This document shows, one piece after another, positions 20,070-28,694 of a stretch of DNA of 64,000 nucleotides (position 1 is the first letter of the stretch; each line of letters opens with the position of its first letter). Location of the stretch: positions 31,174 through 95,173 of IMG/VR virus record IMGVR_UViG_3300042922_000661. One strand, written 5' to 3'. The notes beneath the pieces were generated by a model. That model was not told where the DNA came from. It searched no databases and was given only the letters and a program-made list of their open reading frames with translations. The DNA is from a virus. The translations under genes were made by a program, and so were the position numbers.

Positions 20070-20882
20070 TTAATGGCCTGACATCGTGACAGGTAAGTCG
20101 CCATTAATATTGATTGGGAATGGCATACTTCCACCAGTCAGTGATTCCAGGAATCGCCCTGCAGTAGTGAGCTGTTCCGCTGCTTTTGTACGATGGGTAC
20201 TGGCGTTAAAATCGTAAGTGTCCTGGAATCCCCGAACATTAGCATTAAGCGTCCAGGTTCCATCCGCTGCACGATTCAATGTTCCTTCAATTTTCAGCGT
20301 AATATTCCCCAGGTACAGGTTAGCCGCTACACTGTCGTTTCCAGTGTTATATGCAAATTGATGGGTGAAGTTATAAACGCCGGGAGCACTCATACTGGCT
20401 AACTGGTCCTGGAAGCCATTAATACCCGCAGGCTGGAGATTGAGGCCAATCTTGTTGATATCGACATTCATCGGGCGTCCATTTCCCCAGAGGAAATTAG
20501 CCATAGCGGAGAATGGACTCCACATGCTGCCACTCAGCTGATCGCCCATATCGCTAATTTGATAGGATTTTCTCACTTGCGGTGTTGATAGCCAGTCCAT
20601 AACTCCGGCTGGATTATTATTGGCAAGACACTGATCGAAGTAGATGCTCTGGCGGAAGTTGTTCAGCACGACATCTGCATTTTTTTCATTCGAATAGCGT
20701 TCAATAATGTCGCAAGTGCCGTCAAAACCTCCGCCATTAATGATACTCGTAGCTTGCATTGCCATAGCCTGACCGGGAGGAACGCCCGTTGCGCCACCTG
20801 GGTTATAAGAGCCGAATGCTCCACCAGCTCCCGCATCGCCTGTTCCCACAGGTGCTGTTACGACCATAGTGCCTTCACTCAT
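20070..20882 (-). CDS. Colicin M-family lipid II-degrading bacteriocin (copy 2)
   Basis: TonB-box-like GTMVVTAP; LGNITLKIEGTL; catalytic DTYDFNASTHR (ColM DKYDFNASTHR). Confidence 0.9.
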   Translation of the reverse strand: MSEGTMVVTAPVGTGDAGAGGAFGSYNPGGATGVPPGQAMAMQATSIINGGGFDGTCDIIERYSNEKNADVVLNNFRQSIYFDQCLANNNPAGVMDWLSTPQVRKSYQISDMGDQLSGSMWSPFSAMANFLWGNGRPMNVDINKIGLNLQPAGINGFQDQLASMSAPGVYNFTHQFAYNTGNDSVAANLYLGNITLKIEGTLNRAADGTWTLNANVRGFQDTYDFNASTHRTKAAEQLTTAGRFLESLTGGSMPFPININGDLPVTMSGH

Positions 20883-20989
20883 AACCTTCTCCTTAATAAA
20901 AAATGATGTTGATTTGCTCGCACAACAGACTGACCCCCTATAGTTAGCCGTCAGAATTAAGGGGTGCAGTCCGTTTAAAAGATTGTTTA

Positions 20990-21793
20990 TTACTGGCCGG
21001 AGAAAGAACTATTTAAGTCGCCATTGATATTGATTGGGTAATTAACACCCTGGAAGTGTTGACCAAGGAAGTTGCCAATCGTCGTCATATCTTCATTAGT
21101 CTTAGTGCGGTGAGTGGATGCATTGAAGTCATAGTTATCCTGATAACCGCGAACAACGCCGTTGAATGTCCACTGTCCAGAAGCATCACGATTCAACGTA
21201 CCTTCCATCTGAAGCGTGATGTTGCCGAGGTAGTAATTAGAAACCAGGCTATCGATGCCTGTGTCATAAGCAAACTTTAGGCTGAAGTTGTAACTGCCTG
21301 GTGCGCTCATAGCCATTAACTGATCATTAAATCCAGCGATTTTCTGCGGTGCGAGCTGAAGACCAATTTTGTTGATATCAACATTCATTGGACGACCGTT
21401 ACCCCAAAAGAAATTAGCCAGGGCAGAAACAACACTGTAAGGGCCACCGCTTAACTGATCGCTCATGTTGTTAAGCTGCCAGTTTTTAAATGAATCTCGA
21501 TGTTCAAACATATCGGTCATACCACGGCTATTGTTTGAAGAAACACAATTATCGAGATACACACAGTTTTTAAACCAACCTAAAAGATCATCCAGGTTGT
21601 TTTTATTAACTGCATCAACTCCCTCAGCACTGTTGAATGTCTGGCCTGCGAAGATTTGTTGCATGAGCATTGCTTGTGCTTGACCGACCGGCACCCCTGT
21701 TGCTCCGCCTGGGTTATAACTACCATATCCAGTAGGTGCTGAATTTCCGAAGCTGACCGGAGGTGCTGTTACAACCATAGTGCCTTCACTCAT
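20990..21793 (-). CDS. Colicin M-family lipid II-degrading bacteriocin (copy 1)
   Basis: Same N-terminus MSEGTMVVTAP; LGNITLQMEGTL; DNYDFNASTHR. Confidence 0.9.
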   Translation of the reverse strand: MSEGTMVVTAPPVSFGNSAPTGYGSYNPGGATGVPVGQAQAMLMQQIFAGQTFNSAEGVDAVNKNNLDDLLGWFKNCVYLDNCVSSNNSRGMTDMFEHRDSFKNWQLNNMSDQLSGGPYSVVSALANFFWGNGRPMNVDINKIGLQLAPQKIAGFNDQLMAMSAPGSYNFSLKFAYDTGIDSLVSNYYLGNITLQMEGTLNRDASGQWTFNGVVRGYQDNYDFNASTHRTKTNEDMTTIGNFLGQHFQGVNYPININGDLNSSFSGQ

Positions 21794-21871
21794 ATGTATC
21801 TCCTTATGTTTATCATTGTGTTAACGCGGTATAGAGGATAACAATTCAGACTTAATACCGGCCAGAAACAT

Positions 21872-21887
21872 ATGGTTTTTTATACAG
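21872..21887 (-). promoter_or_regulatory. Near-consensus LexA box upstream of the bacteriocins
   Basis: CTGTATAAAAAACCAT; one mismatch to CTG-N10-CAG. Confidence 0.55.
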
Positions 21888-22058
21888 TATTAATTAGCAT
21901 ATTTAACTGCTTGCAAAGCGAGGCGACAAGCTTTGATAATTCTAAAAATAATTTAATCATTAAATACAGTTGGTTATAGCAGTGCTTTTGTCTGCAATTG
22001 ATAACGATTGCTATTTGTATATAATGTTGCCTAATGAATATCCGTGAGCGAGGGCGTT

Positions 22059-22442
22059 ATGGCAGGAAGAGCAGCAAAAGTGATCGCTTTGGTATTAGCT
22101 GGTGGCGTTATATTGGCCCTGGGTGGCGTCGGTACGCTGGTTTATCTCAGAACTGGCGCTCAGTATTACAGCGTTTCAAATCTGGAAGAGTGTGAAAAAT
22201 ACACAAATGACCAGGCAAAAGAAGCCGTACTAAGCGCACGACTCAAACAGCCCAATGCTTGGAAAAACTGGAGTGAAGCCTCTGAAGTCGCCAATAAAAA
22301 TGGCATAAGATTCGTTGATAGCGAAATCCAAGGTCCGGATAAGATCTGGCTGGTTCCGTTCTACGAAGCAAAAGCGCCTGATAAAAAGCAGTTCGGTATG
22401 CTGGATTGTGGAACATTAACAGTCGAGTTTGCGTCAGAATAA
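22059..22442 (+). CDS. Colicin M immunity protein (Cmi/YebF-like)
   Basis: N-terminal membrane anchor, periplasmic domain with two Cys (C..., LDC) and WLVPF; divergent from the toxins. Confidence 0.75.
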   Translation: MAGRAAKVIALVLAGGVILALGGVGTLVYLRTGAQYYSVSNLEECEKYTNDQAKEAVLSARLKQPNAWKNWSEASEVANKNGIRFVDSEIQGPDKIWLVPFYEAKAPDKKQFGMLDCGTLTVEFASE

Positions 22443-22456
22443 TGCGCTTTCGTCCC

Positions 22457-22477
22457 AAATCACAAACCCCTTACCCT
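22457..22477 (+). promoter_or_regulatory. Putative late promoter
   Basis: AAATCACA-AACCCCT-TACCCT. Confidence 0.6.
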
Positions 22478-22507
22478 GGCCGTCACGTTTACTAAGAGGC
22501 CACCAGC

Positions 22508-22858
22508 ATGACTACCCAAACCGACTCAAACACCACTACCGCTGATGCGGCCGCACCCACGACAACTGCGAACGCCGGGGAATTGATCGTTTTCGCCGGC
22601 GCGACATTTTCCCTGCCGATTATCCCGGCGCCACTGGTGGTCACATTCAACGGTTCGGACGGTACGCGGGCGCAGCTTACAGTGAATAAGGGCAAGGTGA
22701 CGTTTGAGGGCGATCCGGACGCAGCAGCAGAAATGTTTATCGAAGTGATGACACGAAAGCATGCGCAGCAATGGGGCGCACTGCAGGCGCAACTGGAGAA
22801 GGCAGAAGCCCAGCTGGCGGCATACTCACATCATAACGGCCTGATGATGCTTTCATAG
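22508..22858 (+). CDS. Hypothetical late protein (possibly truncated by an amber stop)
   Basis: GAGG RBS; GKVTFEGDPDAAAEMF; the coiled coil continues past the TAG to 22924. Confidence 0.6.
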   Translation: MTTQTDSNTTTADAAAPTTTANAGELIVFAGATFSLPIIPAPLVVTFNGSDGTRAQLTVNKGKVTFEGDPDAAAEMFIEVMTRKHAQQWGALQAQLEKAEAQLAAYSHHNGLMMLS

Positions 22859-23181
22859 CGGCTGGTGGACGCAGAGAAGGAGTGCGACGCATTGCGCCGG
22901 GAAGTTAACCGGCTGCGGGGATAAATTAACCGTAGTGTGGACATGTTATAACAGTTCACTGTAATCAGCTGTTTTCAAGCCGTATGGATCGACTCTTTGC
23001 GGCTGAAAAACACCCTCTAAAAAAAAGGGGGTAAAATTTGTAATAAATATTGCACCCCATCCGGACTTTTGATACCTTATTCACTGAGAGCTTGTGTAGC
23101 TGCCATTCTGGCTGGCTGACAATGTTAAGGAGATGGCAAACAGTCCGCTCTCACTGGGTTGCCAACACTGGAGTAAAAAAG

Positions 23182-23451
23182 ATGACGACGATTTCTCAGA
23201 AGTCGGCCCGCGAAATGCTCGGAACACCTGAGCAGTTTAGAGGCGGAGTCTTTGTGACAAAAAATGGTGCAGCTGAACTGTTTATCCAGACCGCCGCAGA
23301 ACGTGAAGCGGAACTGGTAGAACGCGAACAGCAGCAGCAGGTAAACGCGATGCTGAAACTGGTTAGCCTGTCTCAGCGTGATTATGAACAAGGTCGCTTT
23401 AGCTCAGCCCGAGACCTACTGGCGCGGAGGCGTGCGGAGCAAATAAAATAG
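23182..23451 (+). CDS. Phd/YefM-like antitoxin
   Basis: GGAG RBS; VFVTKNG motif; SQRDYEQGRF tail; upstream of a RelE/ParE-like gene. Confidence 0.7.
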   Translation: MTTISQKSAREMLGTPEQFRGGVFVTKNGAAELFIQTAAEREAELVEREQQQQVNAMLKLVSLSQRDYEQGRFSSARDLLARRRAEQIK

Positions 23452-23465
23452 AATAGGAGTTATAA

Positions 23466-23804
23466 ATGGCAAAAGCTTTCACAACTTATACAACTGAACT
23501 TACCCTTGATATTATCTGGGCTTACAAAGAAAAACGGATGTCAAAATCCGAGGCGCAGGCTTTTGCCAATGACCTTCTTGAACAAGCTATCGAAGCTATT
23601 GAAGAAAATCCCCTCCAATACCGTGAAGACATTGACGCATTAGAGCGTGGTGTGCGCTTGCGTCGCTGGTTGAATCCAACCGGTGAATACATTTGTCTTT
23701 ACCGCTACAACGAAGCCACTGACGAGGCGATACTGGATATTTTCGCCAGCACGCGTCAGGACTGGCAATCACTTCTCTATCTCGTCCAGATTTCCCATCC
23801 ATAG
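23466..23804 (+). CDS. RelE/ParE-family toxin
   Basis: 112 aa; IEAIEENP...YICLYRY...ILDIFASTRQDW. Confidence 0.7.
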   Translation: MAKAFTTYTTELTLDIIWAYKEKRMSKSEAQAFANDLLEQAIEAIEENPLQYREDIDALERGVRLRRWLNPTGEYICLYRYNEATDEAILDIFASTRQDWQSLLYLVQISHP

Positions 23805-23954
23805 GATGTAAAACCACCAGTAAATAACGTGCCTCCTGAAAACCGGATACCCGGTGATAAGGGGGGTTGAATACGTTATTGCAGGATAATGTAACTGCTG
23901 CCAAAAAAGCCCTGCTAAGGGGCTTGGTAGCTGTAATGACCATGCGATGTAACG

Positions 23955-25217
23955 TTACTTTATACGTGGGATATCTTTCAGACGTGTTGTGTAACGGGGC
24001 GACAGCATTTCCCTTTTCATCTGCCATGCGCTGTCCCGCTCTCCCTGGCCCGCGAAAAACACTTTTCCTCGCCCAGAACGATTGATGCCGTCCAGTGCTG
24101 CCATTAGCGCGTCAGCGTTTGCACGCGGCTGCTGCTCACTAAACATGTCAAACTGCGCCACTCCAGACTGGTAAAAATCCCCCAGCATTACGCCTGCTTT
24201 TGCATACCGGTAGCCGTCGCGCCAGATGGTGCTCAGCCCGCGCAAGGCTGATTCGATAATGTCCCGCGTGTCGCTGGTAGGATAGTCGCAGATACACGAT
24301 GCAGTATTCGAATACTGTGGCTCATCCGCGTGCCTGGCGGTGGAAACTGACACGCTGATATGACGACAACGCGAGTTTTGTTCTCTTAGCTTTTCTGCTG
24401 CACGGGTGGCATACAGCACTATGGCCTGCTTCATGTCCTCCAGCTCTGTGATCCTCTCCCCAAATGACCGCGAGTTTAAAATGTTCTGCTTTGGCGGCGG
24501 GGCGTCTTCCAGGGCAATGCAGGACTCACCATTGAGTTCGCGGGTGGTGCGCTCAACGATGACGTCAAAGTTTTTCCGGATCAAGCTGATATTGCTGTCA
24601 GCCAGCTGTAGAGCCGTGGTGATACCCAGTTGTTGCATACGCTTGGTAATACGCGGACCGATACCCCATATATCGCCGACGTCGGTCAGGTGAAGTAGCT
24701 TTCGCTGCCGTGTGCGGCTGGAAAGGTCTACCACACCCCTTGTCTGCGTCCACTTCTTCGCAGCATGGTTAGCCAGCTTGGCCAGTGTCTTCGTTGGGCC
24801 AAATCCCACGCCAATTATCAGCCCGGTTTCACGCCGGACTCGCTCACGCATCTGGTGTCCGAATGTCTCAAGCGGGATCAGATTGCCAATGCCGGTGACG
24901 TCCAGAAATGACTCATCAATGGAGTAAACCTCCTGTCCAGCAGCCATCTCGCCCAGTATGGCCATCATGCGTGCAGACATATCGCCGTACAGCTCGTAAT
25001 TGGAACTGAACACATGCACGCCGTTCTGCCTGAAAAAACGCTCATTCAGAAACAGCGGCGCCGCCATCTTGATCCCCAGGCGCTTTGCCTCTGCCGAACG
25101 TGCGATCACGCAGCCGTCGTTGTTCGAAACAACGACGATAGGCTTACCGCGCAGATCGGGCCTGAATACGGTTTCACAGGAGGCATAAAAGTTATTGGCA
25201 TCGGCCAGCGCAAACAT
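23955..25217 (-). CDS. umuC: Second UmuC-family Y polymerase
   Basis: MFALADANNFYASCE, SNNDGC, YSIDE and LSPRYTT motifs. Confidence 0.93.
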   Translation of the reverse strand: MFALADANNFYASCETVFRPDLRGKPIVVVSNNDGCVIARSAEAKRLGIKMAAPLFLNERFFRQNGVHVFSSNYELYGDMSARMMAILGEMAAGQEVYSIDESFLDVTGIGNLIPLETFGHQMRERVRRETGLIIGVGFGPTKTLAKLANHAAKKWTQTRGVVDLSSRTRQRKLLHLTDVGDIWGIGPRITKRMQQLGITTALQLADSNISLIRKNFDVIVERTTRELNGESCIALEDAPPPKQNILNSRSFGERITELEDMKQAIVLYATRAAEKLREQNSRCRHISVSVSTARHADEPQYSNTASCICDYPTSDTRDIIESALRGLSTIWRDGYRYAKAGVMLGDFYQSGVAQFDMFSEQQPRANADALMAALDGINRSGRGKVFFAGQGERDSAWQMKREMLSPRYTTRLKDIPRIK

Positions 25218-25219
25218 GC

Positions 25220-25597
25220 TTATTCTCCAGCGGGTCCGTTAAAGCCGATCCCGGCCACATCCGTTAAGGCATAAGCCACCACACCCCACACGGGTAGTGC
25301 CTGGCTCACATCAAGCAGCGTTACTGTCTCGTCCGCGTCTAGCGCCTGCAGGGCGGGAACTGGATTGAGCAGTAGCCGCCTTAACGTAAGCTCGCCGTCG
25401 AACTCAGCAACGATAAGCTGGCCGTGTGCCGGTGTCAGGGCGCGATCGATGGACAGCACCGAGCCTTTGACGATACCGGCACTGGGGCAGTCGGACTCGC
25501 TGCGCATCAGATATGTAGAGTAGGGGGAAAGGTATACCAGATCGCCCAGGTTCAGGCGCGTTTCAGTGTAGTTCTGGGCGGGGCTCTGAAAGGCCAT
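25220..25597 (-). CDS. humD: HumD-like pre-cleaved UmuD' homolog
   Basis: Starts MAFQSPA (equivalent to the post-cleavage GFPSPA); the GDSM Ser motif reads SDCP and the VKKL Lys motif reads LRRL. Confidence 0.75.
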   Translation of the reverse strand: MAFQSPAQNYTETRLNLGDLVYLSPYSTYLMRSESDCPSAGIVKGSVLSIDRALTPAHGQLIVAEFDGELTLRRLLLNPVPALQALDADETVTLLDVSQALPVWGVVAYALTDVAGIGFNGPAGE

Positions 25598-25686
25598 TGC
25601 AATGCTCCATTCTCATCTGCGCTATATAGCTCCTGACTTGAGTATAAGACGCAACAGACGTTATGCCTGCCGGGTATCAACAGGCA

Positions 25687-25712
25687 TAAAAAAAGCCCCG
25701 GTTAAGGGGCTT
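25687..25712 (-). terminator. Intrinsic terminator
   Basis: AAGCCCC-TTAACC-GGGGCTTTTTTT on the minus strand. Confidence 0.75.
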
Positions 25713-25850
25713 TGGAAAGCAAAGGCTAATGGCAACATCAATCAAGATACATCCGATTGTTAAATTACCAAACCCTTAGATTTATACAATACATATCAGC
25801 GCTGGCCTGAAGCATCTTTACCTACTAATTCTGGCAGGTACTAACGCCTT

Positions 25851-26645
25851 TTATTCCGTTTTCTGCGGCTCTGCCGCTGCCGCTGCGGCCACCAGCTCCG
25901 GCTCAGGCTGTGGGGCGTCGGTTTTCACCTTGGCCAGCAGGATAGTGCGCTGCAGTTGCGCCTTTTCGATGGCATTTTTTACCAGATCTTCATCCAGACC
26001 AACGACGGCGTATTTATCCAGGCTTTCCATACGGAACAGGCTTGTTTCAGGCACTAACTGCTTCAGGCCTTTTTCGTTTTCAGCCGTCACATAGAGCAGC
26101 TGCGGCTCACTCTCCGCACTATCCGCGATGTACACATAAGCACGCTGGCCAACGCCAATTGCCTGGAGGAACAGGACGCTTACCGCCAGTGGCAGAGAAG
26201 TATGCGCATAGCTCATTGGCTGCAGCTTACCGGCCAGAATGCCATGGGCTTTAACGTCATACGGATTGTGCCGGGTGATGTTCTCTACACGCCACTGGCC
26301 TGTCAGGGAGCCTGCTACAAACGCCTCGCCGGTGACACTCATAGGCAACTGACGCATCAGCACTTGAGAGAAGCTGTTATCCAGTGTCGGTGCCAGAGGG
26401 AGTGCGCCGGTTTTCTGGTTGATCGCGGTGATCGCCTGGTTACGCTCGGCTTCGTCCTGCGGCAGATCCTGCTGATGCAGCAGCCAGAAACGCTCATCTT
26501 TATTAGCCCATACAGTCACGCCTTCAGCGTCCTGTGGCTCAAAACCCAGTGCGGCCACCAGCGCAACTTCAATGTCTTCTGGACGGATTTCGTTTTTCTC
26601 GTTCAGCTCAATCGTTGTTTTGCTGCTGATAATGTATTTAGTCAT
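25851..26645 (-). CDS. Hypothetical protein
   Basis: 264 aa, last gene of the early operon containing dut. Confidence 0.65.
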   Translation of the reverse strand: MTKYIISSKTTIELNEKNEIRPEDIEVALVAALGFEPQDAEGVTVWANKDERFWLLHQQDLPQDEAERNQAITAINQKTGALPLAPTLDNSFSQVLMRQLPMSVTGEAFVAGSLTGQWRVENITRHNPYDVKAHGILAGKLQPMSYAHTSLPLAVSVLFLQAIGVGQRAYVYIADSAESEPQLLYVTAENEKGLKQLVPETSLFRMESLDKYAVVGLDEDLVKNAIEKAQLQRTILLAKVKTDAPQPEPELVAAAAAAEPQKTE

Positions 26646-26653
26646 GACAGGCC

Positions 26654-27253
26654 TTATTTGCTGGTGGTTTTCTTGCTAACAGTGGTGGTGGTTTCAGTCG
26701 CCGCTACAGGTTCGTCTACCGGAACTGGCTCCTGTGAAACAGCGGCAGTGGTGTCGTCGGTCGTGCGGTCAGCTTCTGGCGTAGGGTCGGCCTGTACCGC
26801 CTTAGTGGAGCCAAAACCGTTATTGCCGCGACTGGTCTCGGACAGCTCATCGACTTCTTTCCAGGTGACTGTTTCCACCTTCTCGATCATCGCCTGCGCA
26901 ATGACCATGCCAGATCTCGGCTCAATGAACTGGCCACCTTCATCGGCAATCATGCGCAATTTGATCTCGCCGCGGTAATCGCTGTCGATAATGGCCACGT
27001 CATTTGCCAGGCGCAGGAAATTAGTCGTAGCCAGGCCGGAACGGGCATAAATCTTCATGCAGTAGCCTGACGGGATCTCCACGGCCAGCCCGGTTGTAAT
27101 CCACCATGCACGGGGCTGGCGTGCGCCGCCTTGGGTCGGGACAACGTTCAGTTTCACGTCCAGCGCGGTGATATCCCACGCTGCAGCACCGTCCGAACCA
27201 CGGAACGGGAGAACGGCGTCAGGGGTAAGGCGTTTGATCTTAACTTGGGGCAT
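26654..27253 (-). CDS. dut: dUTPase (trimeric)
   Basis: AAAWDI, ARSGLA, IIDSDYRGEI, AQ and RGNNGFGST motifs; low-complexity tail. Confidence 0.92.
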   Translation of the reverse strand: MPQVKIKRLTPDAVLPFRGSDGAAAWDITALDVKLNVVPTQGGARQPRAWWITTGLAVEIPSGYCMKIYARSGLATTNFLRLANDVAIIDSDYRGEIKLRMIADEGGQFIEPRSGMVIAQAMIEKVETVTWKEVDELSETSRGNNGFGSTKAVQADPTPEADRTTDDTTAAVSQEPVPVDEPVAATETTTTVSKKTTSK

Positions 27254-27731
27254 GATTTAACTCCGGGGATTTAAAGGTGTAGTGGCGACGCTTGCGGACA
27301 GAGTTTTCATACAGAGGGACGTCTGTGTATTCCACCAGCCCGCGTGCCATAAGGCTTTTGACGGACATAAGGAACAGAGAGTGGCTTACGTCAAACTCAT
27401 CGCGCACATTCTTGGCGGTGATGAATTTGCGATCGTTGAGTAGCATCAGAATGTACTCTTCGATCTTCCCCATTTTCAGGGGAGTCAGGCTGGTGGCATA
27501 CGCGGCAGACACAGCCAGGGAGTACTCGCCGTCAATGGAGAGTTTGAGCAGCCCGTTTTTTTGCAGGTCCAGCAGCGTTCCCCGGATAACGTGCGACGGG
27601 GTGCCGGGAAGGGTGCGGGTAAAGCGTCGGCGCGTGGCTGTCCGCTCTGCCTTCAGCAGCTCCAGTACCGCTGCCGCCGTTTCCGGATACCGGGCGCGGA
27701 AAATTTTAAGTTTTGGTAAAAGGCGCTTCAA
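27240..27731 (-). CDS. Tandem winged-helix protein
   Basis: Two wHTH-like repeats (LLDLQKNGLL; VKSLMARGLV). Confidence 0.55.
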   Translation of the reverse strand: MKRLLPKLKIFRARYPETAAAVLELLKAERTATRRRFTRTLPGTPSHVIRGTLLDLQKNGLLKLSIDGEYSLAVSAAYATSLTPLKMGKIEEYILMLLNDRKFITAKNVRDEFDVSHSLFLMSVKSLMARGLVEYTDVPLYENSVRKRRHYTFKSPELNHAPS

Positions 27732-27810
27732 AGTCTGTTATCCTTGCCAGTGGTTTATTTCATAAGCCGAACAGAACAGAATGAGGGGGCCAGGATGGCC
27801 CCCTTTTTCT

Positions 27811-28269
27811 TTAGCCCTGCGTCCACTTCTCGCCCGTATCTACGCATACCACGCCGTGACACACGCGCCCCTGATCCAGCCTGAAAGCCATGCCGCCCAG
27901 CTTGCTGCGCCTGCGGTAGAACTGCGCGCCGGACAGGTAGGCATGCGGTACGCCAGAATCAATCGCGCCTTCCTCTGTACACAGCCCGTCCTCTGCGTCG
28001 CCATAGCCACGCTCAAACTCGCTAAGCACTTCGCGCCGGTCTTCAAAGCGGATGATCTCGCCGTGGTCCGGGTCGCGGTCGTACTCGATCGCGCCGTATT
28101 TAACGAGTGATGCGATGGTTTTGGGGTGCCTGAATATTTCCTCACCCCAGTACTGGCCGGTGCAGGAATCAACGTAGGAGCCGCTGGAGTAAGTGCCGAT
28201 AGGGTTAGAGACGTCGTGCGCCATTGCCACTGCTACAAAGAAGTTAACGACGTTGCCGGTAACAGACAT
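27811..28269 (-). CDS. Hypothetical phage protein
   Basis: 152 aa, TAATG coupling. Confidence 0.6.
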   Translation of the reverse strand: MSVTGNVVNFFVAVAMAHDVSNPIGTYSSGSYVDSCTGQYWGEEIFRHPKTIASLVKYGAIEYDRDPDHGEIIRFEDRREVLSEFERGYGDAEDGLCTEEGAIDSGVPHAYLSGAQFYRRRSKLGGMAFRLDQGRVCHGVVCVDTGEKWTQG

Positions 28270-28601
28270 TATTTCCCCGCAAATAGCCGTTCACGGCTGC
28301 TTAAGGTGTTTGTTTCCTGCCGGGTAAAAGCGTCGTCCACCAGCCCGACAAAAGCGGCAAATTCCTTCCTGTAATACTCCAGTAGTTTATTTGCGGCTCT
28401 GTCGGTGATGTTTTCCACGTAGTAGCAGGCGCTGTGTCGGTCGCTCCACGGTTTATCGAGGGTAAGCAGGGGAACTGCTTCTGACAGGGTACTGACACAA
28501 AACTCCACCAGCACAACTCCGCCGCGCTCGATGGCGGTGAAGTTCAGCTGGTGGGCGTCAACGTTAAACGTTCGGTTCAGTAAAATCTGTTGCTTGGCCA
28601 T
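28269..28601 (-). CDS. Hypothetical phage protein
   Basis: 110 aa, first gene after the operator-like TTAGATT at 28671. Confidence 0.6.
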   Translation of the reverse strand: MAKQQILLNRTFNVDAHQLNFTAIERGGVVLVEFCVSTLSEAVPLLTLDKPWSDRHSACYYVENITDRAANKLLEYYRKEFAAFVGLVDDAFTRQETNTLSSRERLFAGK

Positions 28602-28694
28602 CGGTATTCGCAGGATGCGGGACGGCCTGAATTGTGGGGGATAAATGATATCGTTACAATTATTATTTCTTTAGATTTCTATAAACTTAAATCT

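Noticed and set aside
23050-23181. N-terminal extension of the antitoxin ORF
   Set aside because: TTG start without RBS in the promoter region; the ATG at 23182 has a GGAG RBS and gives a typical size.
25598-25850. LexA box for the second umuDC
   Set aside because: No CTG-N10-CAG match found by eye.
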